DNA of 64,000 nt from a bacterium (GTDB lineage Bacteria; 4484-113). Location: assembly GCA_021163765.1 (NCBI GenBank), contig JAGGTK010000033.1, positions 5,923 through 69,922 on the forward strand, written 5' to 3'. Position 1 is the first letter of the stretch; each line of letters starts with the position of its first letter. Shown here in pieces: positions 9,980 to 18,039 of this stretch. The notes beneath the pieces are model-generated. The model had not been told where the DNA came from. It made no database searches and saw only the letters and a list, made by a program, of their open reading frames with translations. Position numbers and translations under genes: made by a program.

Positions 9980-10093
9980 AGAGGCAGGGACTATGAGACG
10001 GGTCTGATAATTCCAGCGGAGCAGGCGCATTTAGGGCTGTGGCTATGCCCGAAAGCGTTCACGGTGCCAATGGCAGGTCTGCGTGGATGCCCG

Positions 10094-10522
10094 TCAGTTG
10101 CCCTTTGATTCGATGTAGCGTTCCAGCGCCGGGCGCAGGTGCTCGCACTCATCGGCGATGAGATCTTCTACGACCTCGCGCACGGTCATGCCCGTGTTTA
10201 GGTACAACTGGTCAAGGTCTTCATCGGTCATGGTCGAAAGCTCGGTCAGGAGCTTGCCCCGCCTTTCCGATGCCACTCGCACGAAGTACAGCGGGTGCAG
10301 GAACGGGCCGACTTGAGGGGCTTCCATCAGCGAAACCATGTCGCTGGTGAATTCCGCGTCTGAAGTCGCTATGAGTTCAAGGATGTCCAGTACGCTAAGG
10401 TCATCAGTGCCGGATGGCATCAGCAGATCTTTTTCTTCTATCGCCCGGCCGATAGTCAGCAGGGTGCGGGCGCGCTCCGTCGCCAGACGCCGGCACAGCT
10501 TTTCGATACCTTCCTTGCCCAT
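10094..10522 (-). CDS. DinB-like four-helix protein lacking the His triad
   Basis: Pattern LSVLDILELI...LSTMTDEDLD...TVREVVEDLIADECEHL parallels DinB; start placed at ATG 10522. Confidence 0.6.
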   Translation of the reverse strand: MGKEGIEKLCRRLATERARTLLTIGRAIEEKDLLMPSGTDDLSVLDILELIATSDAEFTSDMVSLMEAPQVGPFLHPLYFVRVASERRGKLLTELSTMTDEDLDQLYLNTGMTVREVVEDLIADECEHLRPALERYIESKGN

Positions 10523-10631
10523 CACGTTTAGTTTACCATAGAGATAAGAGGTTGCCAACACACTTCTCAAGCAGGCCTTTGCGGTGCTATACTTGTGGCA
10601 ACCCAAAGTAAGCAGGTTTCGGAGGTCGGAG

Positions 10632-11024
10632 GTGGAAGAACGTCAAAAACCGGGGGGCACTGCCAGACGACGCAAACCAATTCGCGCGCCTGACGAAAGC
10701 GTAATCAAGAAATCAATCCGTACGGAGCAGGAACGGGCTGCTGAAGAGGCTAAATTCAGCGGAAGACCGCTTAAATCTGGAGAGGGTAATCACTTTCACC
10801 GCGAACAGTACAAGCGTAAGGATACGGGTGCTCCCCAGCCGTGGGATGCCGCCCAGCGTGTCACCAAGAAGGTGAAAGAATATAAAGATAGTACAGAGGA
10901 CTTGCCGGAAGCTGAAAAGAAGACGCCTAAGGCGAAGTCCGGTTGCCTGGGAGTAGCACTTGTGGCGATTGGATTGCCGGCTTTCCTGGCTGCCGTGCTT
11001 ACCGAGATTATACGCCTGAGATAA
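10632..11024 (+). CDS. Hypothetical basic protein with C-terminal membrane anchor
   Basis: GGAGG RBS before GTG 10632; charged N-terminus; KSGCLGVALVAIGLPAFLAAVL transmembrane tail. Confidence 0.65.
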   Translation: MEERQKPGGTARRRKPIRAPDESVIKKSIRTEQERAAEEAKFSGRPLKSGEGNHFHREQYKRKDTGAPQPWDAAQRVTKKVKEYKDSTEDLPEAEKKTPKAKSGCLGVALVAIGLPAFLAAVLTEIIRLR

Positions 11025-11040
11025 AAACGGAGAGAGTCCC

Positions 11041-11901
11041 GTGGACGAGAAAAAGCGCCCGGGGCAAGGCGGCAAAAGCGGTCGCGCAAATGTGCCGCGC
11101 AAGCCTGGCGCCGGGCTCCTGGGAGAAAAGCTAAAACGCCTTGAAAGCAGGCGCAGCAGGCGCGCAAGCCGCCCCGCGAAGCATGATGACACTGGCGATG
11201 CGCGCTCATTGCTTGCGGATGGGAGCAGCAATTCCGTCAGGGGCTACGGGAAATACGCAGAACATACAGATTCCAGGGACTTGACGAACCTCTTTCCCGA
11301 TACTGATGTCTCCGGCGGCGAGAAGCGGTTGGCCACGAAGACGGGCATCTTGCTTACAGAAGAAAACAGGGATTTCCTTCGCGGTTATTCTATGGGGCCT
11401 GTTTGCGGCCTGTATATGGCTAACCGGGTCTCTTGGCCGCTCCTCTTGCCTTTCGCGCTCGGCCTGATACCGCTTGCGCTGCTCGGGCTGCCGATGGGGG
11501 CTTTCATTGTGATGGCTCTTGCCTGCGCTTTCTGTCCTCCGGCGATAGCGCTGGTCTGTTTCCACGTCGGGCTTGTGCTCCTTAATCGTCCCTGGGATAT
11601 AGAGCTTTTGCTGCTGGGCGCAGGAGCGGAGCCATCCACTATGGCGGGATACGCTTACATCGGCGCAGGCTGGCTGACTCTGATTTACGTGCTCCTGCTG
11701 GGGAATTGGTCAAGGCGGATGCGGTGGAAAGAACTGCGCTGGTCCAGCTTCGATGCATTCCAGCGGGAGGAAGACCTCTGGTATGGGCTGGGCGGCCTTC
11801 TGGGGATAGTGGTAATCGCTCTGGCTGTGGGCATATTCGCCCTTGGCGGGCTGGACAAGCTCACTGACTGGTTTGAAAGGTTCTATTATCTTAACTTTTA
11901 G
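11041..11901 (+). CDS. Hypothetical integral membrane protein
   Basis: Charged N-terminal region followed by about 4-5 hydrophobic helices; 16 bp after the previous gene. Confidence 0.7.
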   Translation: MDEKKRPGQGGKSGRANVPRKPGAGLLGEKLKRLESRRSRRASRPAKHDDTGDARSLLADGSSNSVRGYGKYAEHTDSRDLTNLFPDTDVSGGEKRLATKTGILLTEENRDFLRGYSMGPVCGLYMANRVSWPLLLPFALGLIPLALLGLPMGAFIVMALACAFCPPAIALVCFHVGLVLLNRPWDIELLLLGAGAEPSTMAGYAYIGAGWLTLIYVLLLGNWSRRMRWKELRWSSFDAFQREEDLWYGLGGLLGIVVIALAVGIFALGGLDKLTDWFERFYYLNF

Positions 11902-11962
11902 CCTCTACCGAGCGGCAATTGTATGGTATATAATCAATTACCAGGCCGCTGGGCTTGGTCTT

Positions 11963-13018
11963 ATGGAAAGCGATACTTCGTCAAGAAGGCGTGGCTTGAC
12001 CTACAAACAGGCGGGCGTGTCGATTGCGGCACAGGACACAGCCATTGAGTTAATCAGGCCGCTGGCGGAAGCCACCCATACGCCCCAGGTGCTCGCCGGG
12101 ATTGGCGCGTTCGGAGGTGCCTTTAAGGCGGGCTTTGAGCACTATGAGGACCCGGTGCTTATAGCCTCGACCGACGGCGTAGGCACCAAGGTGAAGCTCG
12201 CTGCACGCTTCGATGCGTGGGATGGCATCGGACGGGACCTGGTCGCGGTAAGCGTCAACGACATCATTACGACAGGCGCAAGGCCGCTATTCTTCCTTGA
12301 CTACATCGCCTGCAACAAGCTCGCGCCGAAGGTCGTCGAGCGTGTAATTACCGGTGTGCGTGATGGGTGTCTGGAGTGCGGCTGCGCACTGCTGGGCGGT
12401 GAGCTTGCAGAGATGGGCGACGTCTACGGCGAAGGCGAGTTCGATCTGGCCGGCTTTGCCGTGGGTGTCGTGGACTCCCGTCACCGTATCGACGGAAGCA
12501 GTGTGAATGAGGGAGATATCGTGATGGGCCTGCCTTCGAGCGGTGTGCACTCGAACGGGTATTCACTCGCGCGCAAGGCCTTCGAGTCGCTTTCGGACGG
12601 TGACTGGCAGGCGTATGACGACCTCTTGGGCTGCTCGCTGGCCGAGGAATTGCTGAAACCCACGACGATATACTGCCGGCATATCCAGGCGCTGCTTGAC
12701 GCCGGGATTGAGATCAAGGCAATTGCCCATATCAGCGGCGGCGGAATACCCGGTAACGCTGCCAGAATGCTGCCACCGGGGCTGGGTTTGCGCATTCTGC
12801 GCTCGGCGATTCCCGTGCTTCCCGTCTTCCGTCGCATTGCCGAGGCGGGAGGCGTTGAGGATGCCGAGATGTGGAGTACTTTCAATATGGGTATAGGGTG
12901 CACACTAATAGCTGCTTCCGAGCAGGCGGAAGCCGCGCTATCGTTGAGCGGCAGAGGGCTCGGCCTGCTCAGGATTGGCGAGGTCGTGGCCGGAAGCGGT
13001 AATGTGCTGATAGAGTAA
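11963..13018 (+). CDS. purM: Phosphoribosylformylglycinamidine cyclo-ligase (AIR synthase)
   Basis: LTYKQAGV, STDGVGTK, GARPLFFLDY, GGELAEM, SSGVHSNGYSL, TFNMGIG; start placed at ATG 11963. Confidence 0.95.
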   Translation: MESDTSSRRRGLTYKQAGVSIAAQDTAIELIRPLAEATHTPQVLAGIGAFGGAFKAGFEHYEDPVLIASTDGVGTKVKLAARFDAWDGIGRDLVAVSVNDIITTGARPLFFLDYIACNKLAPKVVERVITGVRDGCLECGCALLGGELAEMGDVYGEGEFDLAGFAVGVVDSRHRIDGSSVNEGDIVMGLPSSGVHSNGYSLARKAFESLSDGDWQAYDDLLGCSLAEELLKPTTIYCRHIQALLDAGIEIKAIAHISGGGIPGNAARMLPPGLGLRILRSAIPVLPVFRRIAEAGGVEDAEMWSTFNMGIGCTLIAASEQAEAALSLSGRGLGLLRIGEVVAGSGNVLIE

Positions 13019-13042
13019 CTCTGGGTTCCAGGAGGACGCTAA

Positions 13043-13420
13043 ATGAGAAATCTTTTAATCTTGGCGTTGGCCGCGCTGCTCCTGCTAGCGGTGACAGACT
13101 GCGCGAAAATCAAGGCGGGCATCAAGAGTGTCATCAAGGTGACGGTTTACGACGAGACCGGTGCTACGTATGGCTATGTGGCGGTCAAGCTGCTCGACGA
13201 GAACGGCGTAGTGAAATACTCGCAGAACGCGAACGAGCGGGGTGTCACGCTCTTCGAGGGCATAAAGGCCGGGGAATACTCGTTTGAAGTGATAAACGCA
13301 AACGGGGTTAGTATGACCGTGGTCTCGCCCGAGAGCATAACAGTCAGGCTGGGCAAGACGACGAATGTCGATTTGAAAGTGTCGCGGGTTGCGCCGACAG
13401 AACGAAGCTCAGACTACTGA
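13043..13420 (+). CDS. Small secreted protein or lipoprotein with prealbumin/carboxypeptidase-regulatory-like fold
   Basis: Signal peptide ending VTDC; TNERG-like NANERGVTLFEGIKAGEYSFEV pattern; AGGAGG RBS. Confidence 0.7.
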   Translation: MRNLLILALAALLLLAVTDCAKIKAGIKSVIKVTVYDETGATYGYVAVKLLDENGVVKYSQNANERGVTLFEGIKAGEYSFEVINANGVSMTVVSPESITVRLGKTTNVDLKVSRVAPTERSSDY

Positions 13421-13536
13421 TGGCGGGCCGGGCCAGTTAGCCCTCTTGTCTTCCCAAACGCAAATGGCAGGCCTGGCATACCTGTTAGGCATAGGCGGCA
13501 CTAATGGGCGGCACGCCGAATTGTTAACCATTTCAC

Positions 13537-13565
13537 TTGACAAAGGCAGAAGCCTTGTGTAACTT
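13537..13565 (+). promoter_or_regulatory. sigma70-like promoter for the tdh-acs-acp-kbl operon
   Basis: TTGACA (13537-13542), 17-nt spacer, TAACTT (13560-13565). Confidence 0.55.
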
Positions 13566-13658
13566 TGGTGCACGGGAATGCAGCCGGTTGCCCGCGTGTG
13601 CGGCGGACGAGGTTGTGGTGCCCGATCAATCAGAATATTTCCCCTCTCGGAGGTAGGC

Positions 13659-14645
13659 ATGCGGGAAATCAATCGCATCCTTGTTGTTGGCGCGGTGGGC
13701 CAGATTGGCAGTGAGCTCACGCTGGCATTGCGCGAGAAGTATGGAGCGGACAACGTGGTCGCGGCGGGACGCAAGACTAAGCCTTCACCCGCACTGCGCG
13801 ATTCGGGACCCTTCACCTGGTGCGATGTGGTTGATAGGGAGAAGCTGGACGAGACCATAAAGGAGTTCAGCATCGACACCATCATCAACATGGCTGCCAT
13901 TCTTTCTGCCACGGGCGAGAAGAACCCGCAGCGATGCTGGGACGTGAACGTGACCGGCCTTATCAACACGCTGGAGGCGGCGCGAGACCACAACCTGGCG
14001 CAGGTGCTCTGCCCTTCCAGCATAGCGGTATTCGGGCCCGAGACCCCGCGCGACAATACGCCGCAGGAAACCGTCCTGAAGCCAACGACAATGTACGGTG
14101 TCACGAAGGTGACGGGCGAATTGTTGTGCGACTACTACGTGCGGCGGTTCGGTGTTGATGCTCGCGGGCTGCGCTATCCGGGGATCATTTCGGCCGAGAC
14201 CCTGCCGGGCGGCGGCACCACAGATTATGCTGTGGAAATTTACTACAAGGCAATCGAAGAAGGGCGTTACACGTGCTTTGTGAGAGAGGACACGTCGCTG
14301 CCTATGATGTATATGCCCGACTGCATAAAGGCGACCATGGACCTTATGGCTGCTCCATTCGATGGGTTGAAGCACCACGGCGACTTCAACGTCGGCGCGA
14401 TGAGCTTCACCGCGGGGGAGCTGGCCGCCGAGATAAAGAAGCACATCCCCGGATTCGAGGTTACATACGAGCCTGACTTCCGTCAGGACATCGCGGACAG
14501 CTGGCCCAGCAGTATTGACGACAGTGCCGCGCGGGCGGAGTGGGGCTGGAAGCCGGCGTACGACCTGGCGAAGATGACCGAGGATATGCTAAAGCGCCTG
14601 AAGGAGCGCCACGCGCGGGGTGAGCTATACCAAGCGGGAGCGTAA
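13659..14645 (+). CDS. tdh: L-threonine 3-dehydrogenase (SDR / NAD-dependent epimerase type)
   Basis: GAVGQIGSEL, AAILSATGE, PSSIAVFG, MYGVTK, GLRYPGIIS, PGGGTTDYA, PMMYMPD; GGAGG RBS before ATG 13659. Confidence 0.9.
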   Translation: MREINRILVVGAVGQIGSELTLALREKYGADNVVAAGRKTKPSPALRDSGPFTWCDVVDREKLDETIKEFSIDTIINMAAILSATGEKNPQRCWDVNVTGLINTLEAARDHNLAQVLCPSSIAVFGPETPRDNTPQETVLKPTTMYGVTKVTGELLCDYYVRRFGVDARGLRYPGIISAETLPGGGTTDYAVEIYYKAIEEGRYTCFVREDTSLPMMYMPDCIKATMDLMAAPFDGLKHHGDFNVGAMSFTAGELAAEIKKHIPGFEVTYEPDFRQDIADSWPSSIDDSAARAEWGWKPAYDLAKMTEDMLKRLKERHARGELYQAGA

Positions 14646-14705
14646 CTGAGCTGAGTCCCGACGAAGACGCGGGCCGCGCGAGGGCTCTGGCTGGGCGGGA
14701 ATCCC

Positions 14706-16448
14706 ATGACAACTAAGAGGAATACACCTATGAACTCGACAAACGAGGGGACGAATATTGGCCCGTACGAGGAACGGGTGAAAGACTTCTCGTGGGATGC
14801 GGTTTCCCGCGAACTGGGGCACGAGGATGGAGCGCCCCTTAACATCGGCTGGTACTGCACCGACCGTATCTGCAAACAAGGTCTGGGCGGCAAGACCGCG
14901 CTCATCTGGGAAAGCACCCAGGGGGAGGAGCGCAAGTACACGTTTGACCAGATGCGCCTGTACAGCAACGCTTATGCGAAACTCCTCCAGGAACTGGGCG
15001 TAAAGGATGGTGAGCGTGTTGCCATATACCTGGACCGTGTTCCCTCGTTGTACTTTTCTCTTCTGGGCATCCTGAAGCTTGGTGCCATTGCCGTCCCTAT
15101 GTTCTCCGCGTTTGGAGAAGAGGCGCTACAGGTGCGTCTGGCTAATTGTGACGCGGTCGCCTGCATCACAAGCCCGCGTCTCGCGCGCAAGCTGCGCAAA
15201 GCAAGGCCGGGCCTGCCCGCGCTCAAGCGCGTCATCGTTGTGGATGTCGATGACGAAAGCAAACTCAAGGGAGACGAAATGGCGTATTCGGTGGAGGATG
15301 CGCCGCCGGTCGATGATTTCCCTGTTTTTCCTGCCACCGAGGAGACACCCTCACTCCTGCACTACACATCCGGCACTACCGGTCAGCCGAAGGGCGCGCT
15401 GCACGTACACGGCTCCATATTGTCGCAGTACATCACGACCAAGTGGGTAATGGACCTTAAGCCGGATGACGTTTACTGGTGTACTGCGGATCCCGGCTGG
15501 GTAACCGGCATCTCATACGGCGTCATCGGCCCTTGGAGCCTGGGGGCGACGCAGCTCGTCCTGGAGGTCGGTTTCATCCCTGCCCGCTGGTACTCCGCCA
15601 TAGAAAAGCACCGGGTGTCAGTCTGGTACTCCGCGCCCACTGCAATCCGGCTGCTGATGCGTGAGGGAGAGGAAATCGTCAAGCAATACGACCTGTCATC
15701 GCTGCGCCATCTTTGCAGCGTGGGCGAACCCCTCAACCCGGAGGCCGTGATCTGGTCGGAGAAAGTGTACGGGCTGCCGTTCCACGATACGTGGTGGCAA
15801 ACCGAGACCGGAGCGATAATGATCACAAACTACCCGGGGATGGAAGTGCGGCCCGGCTCAATGGGCAAGCCTTTCCCCGGGACGGCTGCCGCAGTGCTCG
15901 ACGACCGGTTCGAGCCCATCACCGAACCCAACAAGCCGGGTAAGCTGGCGCTCAAGCCGCCGTGGGCCTCGATGTTCCGGGAGTATTGGGGAAACCGCAC
16001 GATATACGAGAGCAAGTTCAAGAACGGATGGTACATAACCGGCGACCGAGCGCGCATTGACGAAGATGGCTACTACTGGTTTGAGGGGCGCGACGACGAT
16101 GTCATCAACACCGGCGGCCACCTCGTTGCGCCGTTCGAGGTTGAGTCCGCCCTGCTGGAGCACGAAGCTGTGGCTGAATCAGCCGCCATCGGTACTCCCG
16201 ACAAGGTAAATATGGAAGTGGTCAAGGCCTACGTGGCGTTAAAGTCCGGTTTTGAGCCAACCAAAGACCTTGAATTGAGTATAATGAACTTTGTCCGGAA
16301 GAGGCTGTCTCCCCTGGCTATGCCGCAATACATCGAGTTTATGGACAAGCTGCCCAAGACTCGAAGCGGCAAGATAATGAGGCGCGTGCTTCGCGCGATG
16401 GACCGGGGAGAGCCCATAGGCGACATATCGACTCTTGAAGACGAATAA
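14706..16448 (+). CDS. acsA: AMP-forming acetate/short-chain acyl ligase (AcsA-like)
   Basis: HYTSGTTGQPKG, WCTADPGWVTG, SVGEPLNPE, DTWWQTETG, LPKTRSGKIMRR. Confidence 0.88.
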   Translation: MTTKRNTPMNSTNEGTNIGPYEERVKDFSWDAVSRELGHEDGAPLNIGWYCTDRICKQGLGGKTALIWESTQGEERKYTFDQMRLYSNAYAKLLQELGVKDGERVAIYLDRVPSLYFSLLGILKLGAIAVPMFSAFGEEALQVRLANCDAVACITSPRLARKLRKARPGLPALKRVIVVDVDDESKLKGDEMAYSVEDAPPVDDFPVFPATEETPSLLHYTSGTTGQPKGALHVHGSILSQYITTKWVMDLKPDDVYWCTADPGWVTGISYGVIGPWSLGATQLVLEVGFIPARWYSAIEKHRVSVWYSAPTAIRLLMREGEEIVKQYDLSSLRHLCSVGEPLNPEAVIWSEKVYGLPFHDTWWQTETGAIMITNYPGMEVRPGSMGKPFPGTAAAVLDDRFEPITEPNKPGKLALKPPWASMFREYWGNRTIYESKFKNGWYITGDRARIDEDGYYWFEGRDDDVINTGGHLVAPFEVESALLEHEAVAESAAIGTPDKVNMEVVKAYVALKSGFEPTKDLELSIMNFVRKRLSPLAMPQYIEFMDKLPKTRSGKIMRRVLRAMDRGEPIGDISTLEDE

Positions 16449-16462
16449 AAGGAGAAAAAATT

Positions 16463-16711
16463 ATGGCGATGCAGGACCTCATCATTGAGTACATCAAGGA
16501 TGAATATCTGGAAGAAGACGACGAAGTGGGTCTCGATACGCCGCTGATATCGAGCGGGATAGTCGATTCCTTCTCGATGGTGTCACTGAAGACGTTCCTC
16601 GAGAACAAGTACAACATCAGCATTCCGGATGAGAAGGCCGCTCCCGAGGCTTTCGATACGGTGCGCAAGATAATCGATCTGGTTCATGAGTTCAATCCCG
16701 ATGCGGAATAA
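16463..16711 (+). CDS. Acyl carrier protein
   Basis: 82 aa, acidic; GIVDSFSMV phosphopantetheine Ser motif; AAGGAG RBS. Confidence 0.88.
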   Translation: MAMQDLIIEYIKDEYLEEDDEVGLDTPLISSGIVDSFSMVSLKTFLENKYNISIPDEKAAPEAFDTVRKIIDLVHEFNPDAE

Positions 16712-16789
16712 CGGGCAAGACGTGGGGCGTCAGGGGTTGCACTCATACAGCCGGACACGTTCATAATTTAAATCGCCAGGAGGATAATT

Positions 16790-18037
16790 ATGGCTTATTC
16801 AGAAAAGGTAAGATCTGCCTATAAAGAGCTGATCGATGGTATCCGAAACGACGGGCTGTTCAAGGAGGAGCGTTACATCCATTCGGAGCAGGGCATTGAA
16901 ATCAAGGTCGAGTTTCCCGCCGGTAGCGAGCCCAGGGATGTGCTCAACTTCTGCGCTAACAACTACCTGGGGCTTTCCAGCCACCCTGACGTGGTTAAGG
17001 CCGCCCACGAGGGGCTGGACACCCGCGGATACGGGATGTCCTCGGTGCGCTTCATTTGCGGCACGCAGGACATACACCGCGAGCTGGAAGAAAAGCTGAC
17101 CGCGTTCCTCGAGACCGAGGATACGGTGCTTTTTGCATCCTGCCTGGATGCCAACGCGGGCCTGTTCGAAGCAGTGCTTTCCGCCGACGACGTAATGATT
17201 GCAGACCGGCTGGTGCACGCTTCGGTCGTAGACGGAATGCGCCTGTGCCCGGCGAAGCACGACACGTTCAAGCACTCCAACATGGAGCACCTGGAGAAGA
17301 AGCTGCAGGAGCACCAGGACGCCCGCTACAGGATGATTATCACTGACGGCGTCTTCTCTATGGACGGCGATATGGCCAAGCTCGACGTGATTTGCGACCT
17401 GGCCGACAAGTACGACGCGATGGTCGTGGTGGACGATTCCCACGCAACCGGCTTCATCGGCAAGCGCGGGAAGGGCACGCACGAGCACTGCGGCGTTCTG
17501 GGCCGCGTCGATGCGATAACGACGACGCTGGGCAAAGCGCTCGGCGGCGCTTCGGGCGGCTGCGTCAGCGGGCGCTCCGAGCTCGTTGAGATGTGCCGCC
17601 AGCGCGCGCGTCCGTACCTGTTTTCCAATACGATGGCGCCGGTGGTCGTTGCTGCGGCGAACAAGGTGCTGGACATAATCACTGCGACTACCGAGCGGCG
17701 TGACAAGCTCGAAGCCAGCACCAAATACTGGCGCGAGGGCCTTGAGAGCGCCGGCTTTGACCTCAAAGCGGGCGATACCCCCATCGTGCCCGTGATGCTC
17801 TACAACGCCAAGCTGGCCCAGGATATGGCGCGCGACCTCTTCGACGAGGGCATCTACGTCATCGGCTTCTTCTTCCCGGTGGTGGCGAAGGGCCAGGCGC
17901 GCATCCGCACTCAGATCTCCGCCGCGCACGAGAAGGAGCACCTCGACAAGGCCCTTGAGGCTTTCACCAAGATCGGCGCCAAATACGACATCCTGGGCAA
18001 GTCTAAAGACGACATCATCGCCAAGTACGGTCTGTAA
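16790..18037 (+). CDS. kbl: Glycine C-acetyltransferase (2-amino-3-ketobutyrate CoA ligase)
   Basis: NFCANNYLGL, SSVRFICGTQDIH, TDGVFSMDGD, TLGKALGGASGG (PLP Lys), RIRTQISAAH. Confidence 0.93.
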   Translation: MAYSEKVRSAYKELIDGIRNDGLFKEERYIHSEQGIEIKVEFPAGSEPRDVLNFCANNYLGLSSHPDVVKAAHEGLDTRGYGMSSVRFICGTQDIHRELEEKLTAFLETEDTVLFASCLDANAGLFEAVLSADDVMIADRLVHASVVDGMRLCPAKHDTFKHSNMEHLEKKLQEHQDARYRMIITDGVFSMDGDMAKLDVICDLADKYDAMVVVDDSHATGFIGKRGKGTHEHCGVLGRVDAITTTLGKALGGASGGCVSGRSELVEMCRQRARPYLFSNTMAPVVVAAANKVLDIITATTERRDKLEASTKYWREGLESAGFDLKAGDTPIVPVMLYNAKLAQDMARDLFDEGIYVIGFFFPVVAKGQARIRTQISAAHEKEHLDKALEAFTKIGAKYDILGKSKDDIIAKYGL

Positions 18038-18039
18038 GT

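Noticed and set aside
16799-17941. 380-aa minus-strand ORF (and similar long ORFs at 6448-7365, 29258-30526, 40699-41658, 58376-59236)
   Set aside because: These lie antisense to well-supported genes (kbl, fhs, mfd, the Kelch lipoprotein, panB) and reflect codon bias
13659-18037. Sphingolipid (Spt-ACP-CerR-AasR) biosynthesis locus
   Set aside because: The architecture is analogous, but the motifs are specifically Kbl (SVRFICGTQ), Tdh (PGGGTTDYA) and acetate-type Acs (WWQTETG), not long-chain enzymes
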